Assembly: GCA_951406725.2 (NCBI GenBank)
Contig: OX597818.1
Coordinates: 10,168,001-10,232,000, forward strand
DNA length: 64,000 nucleotides
Source: Octopus vulgaris
Taxonomy: Eukaryota
Direction of reading: 5' to 3'
Position 1 is the stretch's first letter; each line of letters opens with the position of its first letter. Positions 1 through 11,897 of this stretch are shown in pieces. Made by a program: the position numbers and the translations under genes. The notes under the pieces were generated by a model, which was not told the DNA's origin, did no database searches, and saw nothing but the letters and a program-made list of their open reading frames with translations.

Positions 1-1256
1 GTATTTTATTAGTACAACCAAGAAGCTGAATTCTCAGTAGCCTAGTGCACCTAGCTGGAAATAGAAGGTACACAGTTATAGGGATCATTGCAAGAAGAAT
101 CTCCAATTTCTCAGTTACTGTCGTTATTGCCATGTTTTCCTTTTAGTGTTCAATCCTAAACCAGTCTTATTGCCTAGACTTATGGTCAAAATCTTTCATG
201 CCATTATCATTCCCTCATTTTAAAACTATTTAGCACTATATTATTTAAGGCGTTCAACTTCTATAATATAGTAGACTTTAGTTTGTAGAGAATATGACTG
301 CTTTTTCTTGCACGACAAGAATACAAGTTCTTTATTTTTTGCTCTGCAATGTTCTCTTATACTGTTTTAAAATGAAAAACCAATGCCCAAGAATGAAAGC
401 AATGTCTAATTTAAAATTCGGATTCAATGCCTTTATTTAAAATCATAGTTTGCGTTCTGGGAAACTTTGAGGTGTTTCATGAGCAGAAAGACATGTAAAT
501 CCTTCAATATTTGACATCCTGTCACTAACAACAGAAAAAAAGAATGGAGTATGAAACACGTAAGTATAAACATATGGGTGTTGACAACCACTTAAGAATT
601 TAGATTGTAAGAAATATAAATATCTTTATGTAATATTTATAGGCTTCAGCAAGCTCTAATCGTAAACTGAAAAAATCTAAATGAAACGTCAACATTAAAC
701 ATGAAATGTAACATCATCGCGAGAAGATGGGTGGGACGTGACAAATTTCTGCCAATAAATTCTTCAGAGCTTACGAAGTATATTCACTATATGCATGAAT
801 TGTTACAAGTTTTCCATACACATGTACTATTCACCCGTTACACATATGCATTAAAGAGCTCATAAACATGAAAGCTTCATCTAGACAGCTGCCAGAATAC
901 ACGAGTTAAAGTGTCTATCAAGGTCTTTGATATATGAACTTTGCTAACTTTAGTATTAAACATGTTTTACTTATCAAGCGTTTACAACCACTAACCATCA
1001 ACCATAAAGAACTTGATGATTGGCAGAAGTTTATCGTCTGATTCGAAACTGGGAGGGAATTAGCAGACATATATGTCAGCAATAATAGTCTGAAGAGCCA
1101 CTCAATATAATTCTGCTTCCTAGCAAAAACCAACAAAATGATTTCTCAATAACAAAATTGATACAATATTCTCAGCATATTTATATTTGCTTTTGTGAAT
1201 AATAGATATACTATTTGTCTTGTATTTATGCGCTCACACACATAGAGACATTTATA

Positions 1257-1317
<61 letters not shown>

Positions 1318-1584
1318 CTATGTATGCATATGGGGGTGTGATTGATGTAAAAATCGCATATAAAAGTCTCAGACATTAACTGGAGAAGAAATACATTTAA
1401 ATAGAGTATTAAATATTTTTATTTTTATAAGGAAAGGGTTGACAGTAACTGAGAAGTTTCGCTGTCTTGCGGAGCGAAATTACCAGAGAAACACCAAAGT
1501 CACTGTCAGATATATATTTTATTTCTAAATATAATACGTGTGTGAGTGTGTATACTTACATATATATATATGTATGTATGTATG

Positions 1585-1617
<33 letters not shown>

Positions 1618-1632
1618 GTGTATATATATATG

Positions 1633-1683
<51 letters not shown>

Positions 1684-1685
<2 letters not shown>

Positions 1686-2155
1686 TTGTGTGGTACGAAG
1701 CTTGCTTCCCGACCACATGATTCCGGGCTCAGTTCCACTGTATGGCACCTTCGGCAAATGTCTTCTACTATTACCTCGGGCCATTCAAAGCCTTGTGGGA
1801 GGGTGAATTTGATACACGGAAATTGAAATAAGCTCATCGTATATGTATATGTGTGTGTGTATGTGTGTGTGTGTCTGTGTCTGTGTGTGTGTGTGTCTGT
1901 GTCTGTGTGTGTCTGTGTGTGTGCTTGTATGTGAGTGTGTCTTTATGTCTGTATTTGGCCTCCCACCATCGCTTGAAAACTGATGCTGGTGTGTTTACTT
2001 CCCCGTAACTTAGCGGTACATCAAAGAGACTGATAGAATAGGTACTAGACGTACAAAGAATAAGTGCTAGAGTAGATGTCGACTAATAAACCTTCAAGGC
2101 GGTGCTCCAGCATGGCAGCAGTCAAAAGACTGAAACAAGTAAAAGAATAAAAGAA
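1684..2155 (+). mobile_element. tRNA-derived SINE, family A (CORE-like domain, internal CA/TA microsatellite, TAAAAGA tail)
   Basis: Decayed tRNA-like head, CORE-like GCACCTTCGGCAAATGTCTTCTAC, internal (GT)n tract, 3' part ending GACTGAAACAAGTAAAAGAATAAAAGA. Homologous to copies at 2181, 11690, 26075 and 38954/45711. Confidence 0.85.
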
Positions 2156-2180
2156 AGAAAATATATATGTATATATATAG

Positions 2181-2342
2181 ATGCAGCCGTGTTTGTGTGG
2201 TAAGAAGCTCGCTTCCCAACAACATAGTTCCAGGTTCAGTCCCATTGCGTTGCACCTTGGGCAAGTGTCTTCTACAATAGCCTCGGGCCGACCAAAGCCT
2301 TGTGAGTGGATTTGGTAGACGGAAACTGAAGGAATCACATCG

Positions 2343-2345
<3 letters not shown>
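2181..2345 (+). mobile_element. SINE family A, 5' half
   Basis: GTGTGGTAAGAAG...GGTTCAGTCCC (A/B-box-like), then GCACCTTGGGCAAGTGTCTTCTAC; runs into a microsatellite. Confidence 0.85.
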
Positions 2346-2373
<28 letters not shown>

Positions 2374-2842
2374 ACGTATTTACGTATGTATATATATGTG
2401 TGTGTGTATACGTACATATACTTATGTACATATGTGTGTGTATGTATGTACATGCATATATACTAGACAACTATATTTATTTGTATGGTATTTTTCATGG
2501 CTTTCGCTAATTATTGTTTCATGTAAAACAGGAGAAAATGGAAGTCAAGTATTCTCGACTAAATCTTTACAAAGAGTTCTTTCTATCATTTGTATTCAAA
2601 TACACGTATCTCAATACCTATCTTTCACCAGTATTGCTCATAAACTTTACATTTATGCTACCGATATGAAATGTAGTGAAATGTACAGGATAAGATGAAA
2701 CAGAACGGAGATTAGTGAAACTCATTCTGTAGTTTACCAAACTGGTGTGTTACGCAGCATTTAAAGAAATATAGTGGAAGCATTTGTGTGCATGTATGAA
2801 TGCACACACACACGCACATAGAGAGAGGTAGATTGACACATA

Positions 2843-2888
<46 letters not shown>

Positions 2889-3029
2889 TATATATATATA
2901 TGAAATGAATGCCATTTCTCCACGTTTGACATAAGAGACTATTACGTGTCCAATAACCTATTGTTATAGCTGCTTTGGGCCTCACTAAAACTATAACCGC
3001 AATAAACGACACCGAAATAATGCTCTCTG

Positions 3030-3600
3030 GATTAAGTAAAACACTAAAGAATCATTTGGTGGCAGAGGTAAACGACCTCGTTTGTCTTTACATCTTAGAA
3101 AACGTACAGAGTAAATTTTCATCAGTATCAGGTGGTTATTATTGGACGACCCTCTACACTTACTAAGAAACTACATCCCACAAAAAAACAATAAATTTAA
3201 GGAGAAAGTTCACTTCTTCAAAAACTTGGTCTTTTCATTTACAATAGAAACACTATCAAAAACCTAGCAAAAAACATTTTTCTTGGACATACCTCTTTAT
3301 CTTCAAATGAAAAATTACTGAACGAAATAGCAATTCCATATAATGAAGCTCTCAATAACAGCAGTTAAAAGGTAAAAGTGCAATATATAAAGCAGTGACC
3401 CCTCACATTAGATAAAATACGTAATAACAGAAAAAAGAAAATCATCTGGTTTAATCCCCTCCTCAACATTCAAGTCTCCATGCTAATAGCCAAATTATTC
3501 CTCAAAATACTGCAAAAATACTTCCACGCTAACCGAAAATACTACAAACTAATAAACAAACACAAACTTTTTTAAATACCAGACTCAACATTGAACCTTT
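3030..3600 (+). pseudogene. Degenerate Penelope-like element (PLE) reverse transcriptase fragment
   Basis: Translates across frameshifts to AEVNDLVCLYIL (cf. GAEVCELVGLYIL), FLDI and RKKKIIWFNP, motifs typical of PLE RT and its C-terminal region. Confidence 0.65.
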
Positions 3601-4025
3601 GACCTTTACATTTTCAACGCAAAGGATTAGATCCAATAGAACGAAAAATAACAAAAACTACTGACACATCCTATACCTACTAAAAGAGACATACCTAAAT
3701 ATTCACATCTCCTTACAAAGTTCTATGTACATGAATAAATTCTAATTAATAACATAATCTGAAATTTACGCAATAAAATGTCTCCAAAACACCTCTCCAT
3801 AACAACCTACCATAAAACCTAATTGCCACTCCATTCAAACCAACACACCCGAGGAAGATATTACTTTAACAGAGACAATATAAAGCCAAAGTTAACTTCA
3901 ATGCATTGCAGTCTGGCGATGGGTTAACTGGTCGGAATTTCGAAGTCGCAGGCAATAACATTACTGTTTAAGAATATGTGCGTGTGTATGTATATTCAAA
4001 CATTTATGAATGAATGCAATTGTGC

Positions 4026-4184
<159 letters not shown>

Positions 4185-4351
4185 TATGTATATATCTCCT
4201 ATATATATATATATATATCCTATATCTCCTATATGGAGATGACAGGCATCTATCAGTGGATCAAAGCAATCTTTCGAATTCTTCTGTTCATTTTAGAAAC
4301 ATTATTTATAAAGTGTTACTTATTTATATAGTTTTCTATTGTTTTGAGGTG

Positions 4352-4707
4352 AAGAGGCCAGTCCATTAGATCGACCCCAGTACGTAACTGGTACTTATTT
4401 AATCGACCTCGAAAGGATGAAAGGCAAAGTCGACCTCGGCGGAATTTGAACTCAGAACGTAAAGACAGGTGAAATACCTATTTCTTTACTACCCACAAGG
4501 GGCTAAGCACAGAGAGGACAAACAAGGACAGACAAACGGATTGAGTCGATTATATCGTTCCCAGTGCGTAACTGGTATTTATTTAATCTACCCTGAACGG
4601 ATGAAAGGCAAAGTTGACCTCGGCGGAATTTGAACTCAGAACATAAAGACAGACAAAATACCACTAAGCATTTCACCTGGTGTGCTAACGTTTCTGCCTT
4701 CTCGCCT
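4352..4707 (-). mobile_element. SINE family B, two adjacent or nested units
   Basis: On the minus strand, two copies of GTTCTGAGTTCAAATTCCGCCGAGGTC(G/A)ACTTTGCCTTTCATCC...AAGTACCAGTTACG, with a tRNA-like head (GGCGAG..GGCAGAAACGTTAGC) at 4707. Confidence 0.85.
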
Positions 4708-4989
4708 ACTTACATCTTATTACTTATAGCTTTATGTTATGTACATTGAGATCCAATATTCAAAAAAAAAAGTTATTTTATATTATTGTGAAGGATTATA
4801 AATTTCTCATGTCGCCAACAGCATACAAGGTAAGATCAAAATTTCTAAAATTGGAGAAATCTGAAGGATTCGTTTGATTTAATGACAGAAAGCCTGTCTT
4901 CAGGAGACTTCGGCTCAAATCCTACAGGCAGCCTTGGACTTTAGGTGTACAAAAGGGTTTTTCAATCCTATTCTACTATTTATAGCTTC

Positions 4990-5620
4990 GTGTGATGTAC
5001 TTCAAGATCCAATACTCTCCTGGTACCCGTCATAACGTACGTTTGACTGTTAGTGCCATCTAATTGGCTTTTGTACTTTTGGAACCTGTTGGTATGGTCC
5101 ACCTTTTAACCAGTAACAACCGACATCTAGCAATAATTTCTTTCAAATTGTTGCACAAACACATTCCTGGAATTCATATGATTTTCAAATGTAAACCATG
5201 TAGAACTTTCTTTAACAATTCATTTAATTTTGGACAATCGGTGTCTAATATGGACAGATTCAAGCTATACAATTCGTGCATTTGCAAGGCTTGTGATTGT
5301 ACACACCCTAATGAGTATGTCTTAGAGCAATGCTGAATAATTAAAAGTATTACTTGCCATACTACCTTGAAAACATAAAAAGACATTTCAAAATTCTAAA
5401 CTGGATTGACTTTGAATTCCTTCACACTCATTCAGAAGCAAACTTACATAAAATTACACCACTTTGACATATTTCCATTTTGTGTCTCGGAAATAACTTT
5501 GAATGAATTGACCAAATGTTGGAAACTTTTTAACATCATGCAGAGCAGATCTGGTGAAATTTTTTTCCTAGAGTTCCTCTACTTGATAAACATGTATGCA
5601 TAAAAGATTTTGATATTCTA
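4990..5620 (-). pseudogene. Possible highly decayed PLE-like RT fragment
   Basis: Only weak motif traces on the minus strand (LNELLKKVLHGLHLKI followed by an LDV-like motif), in the order expected for PLE RT; many stops. Confidence 0.3.
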
Positions 5621-5769
5621 AAATTTTCGAAGTCTTCGGAATAATTACTTAGAAATCGCTACGTGGAAGAGCCGATCAGAGTGATTTCGTCTTTTTTAGT
5701 AATATTTTCATTTAGTCTACAAAAAGGAGCAGTGTCTATGGGCTTCATGGGCCCACCAAGATCAGTGAA

Positions 5770-5976
5770 ATTCTGGCACAAGGCTAGCAAGTTCAGAGGA
5801 AGGCATATGTCGATTATTTCAACCCCAGGGCTCAACTGATACTTTTTTTATCGACCCAGAAAATATGTAAAATAAAGTCGACCTCGCCGGAATTTGATCT
5901 CAGAACGTAAAGACGGACGAAACGCCGCTAAGTATTTTGTCCGGCGTGCTAACGATTCTGCCAGGTTACCACCTTG
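5770..5976 (-). mobile_element. SINE family B
   Basis: Reverse complement of the GGCAGAATCGTTAGCACGCCGGAC head and the AAATTCCGGCGAGGTCGACTTT core. Confidence 0.85.
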
Positions 5977-6733
5977 AAGACGTTAATAATAAAATTAGCG
6001 ACAGCACAGAACATATGTACCGAGAATGAGTTCGAAGGCTGCCGTTGTGGAGAGAAATAAATAGGGGCAGTTACCAAGGTGACGTCTAGTGGTCAGACAC
6101 ACTATGTGTGATGAAAGAAAGAAACTTGTGTCAGTCGGAAGTGGATGACTGGAAGTGGATGTCTGGAATTGGCCCAGCTTGTTATCTCTGAGGAATAGAG
6201 GCCATCGTAGTAGTTGCAAATGATATTATTCAACAACATTTTTCCAATAATTGAAAATTTCGTTTAACTAATTATTTCTAATATAAACTGTAATAAATTT
6301 CGAGACAAAAAAAGTAGTTAAAACAATCTACGAGACCAATTTTTCTTTGTAAACAATTCATTTCCCAAACGACTGTTATCACATATTCCAACAAAATTAA
6401 TAAGCTCCGTATTGAAGAATGTTTACCGTCCTCTATCAAAAAGACATTAATCTTCGTATACTGTCATACAACAAACTGGACAATCGTTCATGAGAGTAAT
6501 CCCCCTTGATTAGAAGGTGTACTCATACATACGTGTGTTTGTGTGCATATGTGTGTGTCTCTCTGTGTGTGTATACATATTACGTACACACGCACAGACA
6601 CATACGCGCATAGACACACGCGCGCACACGCAGACACACAAACACACACAGACACACAAACACACACATACATATATATATATATATGCATATATATATA
6701 CATATACCTATCTATGTATATTTGTATATGTAC

Positions 6734-6832
<99 letters not shown>

Positions 6833-7023
6833 TAGACATAAGCTACGTACTTCTTTCAGTTTTTCATCTTCAAATCTACTCGTATGACGGGAACCAAACT
6901 TCTTGCCATACAGCCACTTTTGCTCTTGCATGTGTGTGTGTGTGTGTGAGTATATATCAGTTATACACATACACAAATATACACGCATGTGCATATATAT
7001 ACATGAGTGTATGCATGTGTGTA

Positions 7024-7071
<48 letters not shown>

Positions 7072-7412
7072 CAATGTACTTGAAATGGCCCCCATTCCCG
7101 GAAAGAACAGAAGCATTACATGATTATTGATACTAACTCCAAGGGAATTAAGGGCGATAACCGCAAGAATGAAGAATCAAGAATTTTCGAAAACTAACTT
7201 ATTATTAAGGAATAAACTGTTTAATTGTGTGGAGACAACAGAACAACTGTGAATTCGTTTTTGTAACTCAATAGACTTCATTATATTTTACGGTTTTTCC
7301 TGATCAGAATCATGTCAGTGACTCCTTCAAGTTATTTCTCTTTACTCATTTTCTGTTCCGTTACTTCATTTATCTCGGCCTTGCGTGTGTTTCTACTGTT
7401 TTATTTATTTAC

Positions 7413-7618
<206 letters not shown>

Positions 7619-7984
7619 CAAAGTATTCCGTTGCTAGAGATAAGGTGGGACAAGTGTTGCGTTTAAGTCTTGCTTTATAATGATGCACCACCATTAGTAT
7701 CAGAACCGTTACCATCATCACTTTTACCAACACTACCTCGAACATGTTATCCACAAGAAGAGTGGTAATATCCCTTACCCCTCCCACGCACATACATTCT
7801 GTCAACCATTCCACTCCCGTCAACAGCTTTTCGAAACAACATATAAATGATTCCATAAACAAGAACAGCATGTGTATGTCCCTGTTTTCCCTCTCTGTTT
7901 TTCTCTCTCCGTCCCTTTCTCTTCTCTCTTTTTCTCTCGCTCCGTATATGTTTGTATATATATATATCTTATATAGATAAAGAG

Positions 7985-9320
7985 ATAGTACTAGTTAGCT
8001 TTGACAAAGTAGTCTCTACAAAAATATCCCCCTGTACATGGGCTATAAGCAGTAGAATTCTGGATAAACAGACACCCACAAAGAATTCAGGAGAGATTCT
8101 CAAAAGAATTTATACTTGAAAGTTTACAGATAGTTCTAGAAAACAACTACTTCTTCTTTGATAATCAATATTCATTTACAAATACAAGGCACTGCGATGG
8201 GGATAAAAACTGCACCAACACTTGCCACATTAGTGATGGGTACCGAGAAGAAAACATTACAGTCTGTCCAGAACTACATTTCATCACTACTTCCAAATCT
8301 ATCTTATAGGAAACTGGGAAAGATTCTTTGATGACTGCTTTGTATTTTGGAACCAAAGGAAGGAAGACCATACAAAATTTCTTAAATTAATAAATAGCAT
8401 TTGTGTCTCAATCCAATTTATTATGGAAATGAATGAAAAGGAAATCCCTTTTCTGGATAATCTGATAATTAAGGAAAATGAGACAGTTACAGCTGACCTC
8501 TACTACAAGAACACAAACACGCAGCAATATTTAGATTGCCATCCTCCCCATACAAAAAGAAACATACCATTTAATATGGTATGCTCAATAGTCACAGATA
8601 TCGTTAGACGAGAGAAACGACTGGCAGAACTTAATATATTCCTTCAGAAACAAAAATACCCCAAGTTAATTCAATATGCCATAACAAAATCAAAGAAAAG
8701 CCTGATCTTTACCTTATGGAGAAACACTCAGAATAGATGTGAAAACAAAAATACAAATAAAAATATTCCATTTGTAGTCTCACACAATCCTAGAAACCAC
8801 AACATCCTGCACCCAGCCAAATGATACCTCCCAATTCTACAGCAATCAAGAAATTTCCAACGAATAATTAAAAAATCACAAATTATCAACAGTCGAAGGC
8901 AACCATCAAACCTCAAGAGACTTCTAACAAAGATGAGATTCACATTTGAAAAAGAAATGATGCAAGTAACCAACTGTGGAGACATGTGAAATAATTGACC
9001 AAGGGACAACCAAAAGATTCAAGAATGGGAAGGAATTAAATGTGAATGCAAACATGAATTGCAAAAAAAAAAAAATCTCATCTACTGCATTACATGCTCA
9101 CAATACAATAAAAACTAAAGTCGTGTCAATGTGCATAAACAACTAATTAGGGATTCATCTCTTAAGAATGTTCCATGCAGTGAACAACTAGATATCTATG
9201 CAAATGAAAATTTTTAAATATTCCCATTTTACAAAATAAACGATGAAATTGATCAACTGCGAAAGGCAAAAGAAGAATACTTTATAAGAATTTTATATCC
9301 GAAACTAAACCGAAAATAGC
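7985..9320 (+). pseudogene. Penelope-like element RT plus GIY-YIG endonuclease, 5'-truncated and frameshifted
   Basis: Motifs across frames: LVSFD, SLY.NIP, LENNYFFFD, TAMG.KTAP, RFFDDCF, EIPFLD, DLYYK.TNTQQYL, HPPHTKRNIPFN, NLIYCITC (GIY-like), ending YPKLNRK*. Confidence 0.9.
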
Positions 9321-9884
9321 TAAGACTTCATATAATAAACAATGGTAAAAGAATATTTACATATTCCCTTTTACCAGATATTAGATAAAAATGATTAACT
9401 ATAAAAGACAAAGGAAGAATATTTCATGAAAACCTGAGTGTGAAAATTAACCGGAAATAATTAATACTACCACAACTACAAAAATTACAACTTCCTCTTT
9501 TGTACATTATCCAAGAACACGTATTTGAAAAGAAAATCGAAAGCGGTTACATACACTAGAAAGAAATTTCTTTCACAAAGTTCAGTGATGTTCTGATAAA
9601 GAATTTGTAACTTTTTTTTTAAATAATTTCTAAATATATATATATTTTACAGAAAAAAAATTCCATCAAAAAATGTGGCAGCATATTAAAATACCTTTAA
9701 GGTTAAAATTATAAACAACTTATAAATAAGGGCTAAAGGAAATTATTTCTATGCCAATATGCTGATAACAGACTTTTAAATCGTCAACTTCCACAAATTA
9801 TTTACCCGCTACAGAAAACACGAAGAGTTGAAATCGAGGAAAGCCAGCCAATAGAATTTATTGGGCGCACGTAAGTATCTTGTA

Positions 9885-9948
9885 TTTTCTACTGAAGAGG
9901 AAAAAATCTATTATGAGATTAATTCCTAAATTGATTCAATATAGAAAT
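9885..9948 (+). ncRNA. Second hammerhead copy with mutated core (GAAA to TAAA)
   Basis: Same fold as 10430-10493, but G12 is replaced by T at 9927. Confidence 0.7.
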
Positions 9949-10429
9949 AACGAACTTTTTTAAAAAATTCTATTGGCTGGCTTTCCTCGATTTCAGCTCT
10001 TCGTGTGAACTGTTCTCCACTACAGCTTATAGTGGTTACCAGTCCCTATAGCGAGTAAATGATATGTGGAAATTGACGATTTAAAAGTCTGTTATCAGCA
10101 TATTGGCATAGAAATAATTTTCTTTAGCCCTTATTTATAAGTTGTTTATAATTTTAACCTTAAAGGTATTTTAATATGCTGCCACATTTTTTGATGGAAT
10201 TTATTTTCTGTAAAAAAACTTCATCCTATATTAGTAGTAGACTTATAACTATTCGCTATAGGGACTGGTAACCACTATAAGCTGTAGTGGAGAACAGTTC
10301 ACACGTGTACTGACGCTGACCAAAGGATTTTATTTTTAGATATATCTGGGGTACTTATATGTACACATGATTTTTGCTTCGGCTTTTTTCCATGGGCGCA
10401 TGTACGTATCTTATTTATATCTTTTCGTA

Positions 10430-10493
10430 TTTTCTACTGAAGAGGAAACAATCTATTATGAGATTAATTCCGAAATTGCTTCAATATAGAAAT
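10430..10493 (+). ncRNA. Type I hammerhead ribozyme motif with intact core
   Basis: Stem I TTTCTA/TAGAAA; core CTGAAGA (10437-43); stem II GGAA..AATC/GATT..TTCC; GAAA (10472-75); stem III ATTG/CAAT with CTT loop; cleavage triplet AUA (10484-86). Confidence 0.8.
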
Positions 10494-10668
10494 AACGAAC
10501 TTTTTTTTAAAAATTCTATTTGGCTGGCTTTCCTCGATTTCAGCTCTTCGTGTTTTCTGTAGCGAGTAAATAATATGTGGAAATAGACGATTTAAAAGTC
10601 TGTTAACAGAAAATTGGCATAGAAATAATTTTCTTTAGCCCTTATTTATAAGTTGTTTATATATACGT

Positions 10669-10722
<54 letters not shown>

Positions 10723-11204
10723 ATGTGTGAGTGTATGGTGTGAGTGAGTATGTTTGTGAGCATGTGTGTTGAAGACACAATTCAAGAGTATAAATGAATG
10801 TGGCATGAAATATCTTATCAAAATCGTGGCCACTTATAAACATTGCGATGTTATTTTTGAGACAAATTTGGAAATTTGACAAACTTGTGCAATTTTGTAA
10901 CCCACTAGTATTACTTACAACTGAAGATACAATTTTCATGACTAAAGAATGAAACATTCTCAGGCTAACTAAGATTGACGTTTCTCACTAAATATATCAC
11001 AACTTAGGTGTTGGTCATACTATAAATGTAATTAATTGACACCTCTCAAATCATTTTTTGTTCATCATAGATACACAGCACTCATTTTAGAGTGTCAATA
11101 CTTCGAAAGTGATTTATTTTCGTTAAATATATTTACATTGCTTTTCCCGTGAGTTTAGGAACAGAGAACCACCGTTTAGAAAGTAATTTTTATAGTTTAC
11201 ATGA

Positions 11205-11410
11205 ACAGTTCGTGGTAGAGCCTGTGGCAGTGGAGATGTCTGGCGTTCTCGGACCCCGGACCATGTCTCTGCTCATCGCTATTGGGGTGGAGATGGCTAT
11301 CCGCAGGTGCGAGCCCCGTGAGTCAGTGAGGTTGTTTCAGAGCATCTCCCTTGCTCTCCTCTGAGGCAAAGCCTTTTCCATTTTGTCTGCGGAAGCCATG
11401 AGAAGATCTG
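11205..11410 (+). mobile_element. 3' end of a CRE-type non-LTR retrotransposon (C-terminus of the restriction-like endonuclease)
   Basis: GC-rich island translating EPVAVEMSGVLGP...LLIAIG...EPRES.RLFQSISLALL*GKAFSIL, matching the PVAVETxGxxG...LFQRISxAxxRGNA pattern. Confidence 0.75.
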
Positions 11411-11620
11411 AATTACAAGAAATTGTGCGTCCCAATCCTTAATATAAATTTACTCCATATAATGTATTAACACTGCATGTAAAGTGCTTAAAAGAGAAGA
11501 TAGAATGTAAGCTTTCATAATCTATTTTCATAAAAGACTCGAGATCATGTAATGGTAAATATATGTATGTATGTAAGTATGTATGTGTGGATGTATGTAT
11601 GTATGTATGTATGTATGTAT

Positions 11621-11667
<47 letters not shown>

Positions 11668-11689
11668 GTGTGTGTATGTATGTGTTTGT

Positions 11690-11897
11690 GTTTGTGTTTG
11701 TGTCTGTCCCTCACCACCCCACTTGAATGCCAGTGTCTGTCTGTATACATCTCAATAACCTTGCGGTTCAGCAAAAGAGTGCGATAGAATAAGTGCTAGG
11801 CTTTAAAAAAAGTACTGGGGTCGATTCTTTCAAGCAAATCCCTTCAAGGTGGTGCCCCTGCATGGACGCAGACTGCAACAAGTAAAAGATAAAAGAT
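11690..11897 (+). mobile_element. SINE family A, 3' half
   Basis: Homologous to 1945-2155 (GATAGAATAAGTGCTAGGC...CCTTCAAGGTGGTGCCCC..CATGG...AAGTAAAAGATAAAAGA). Confidence 0.8.

Larger units (their letters stand above)
9645..10660. repeat. PLE terminal (pLTR-like) region with inverted and direct repeats
   Basis: 9645-9859 is the reverse complement of 9965-10215 (apart from an insert). About 9862-10150 is repeated directly at about 10395-10660. 10002-10054 is the perfect reverse complement of 10253-10305. Confidence 0.9.

Noticed and set aside
449-558. AG...GTAAGT-bounded candidate exon on the plus strand
   Set aside because: All three frames contain stops and the polypyrimidine tract is weak; it cannot be supported as coding.
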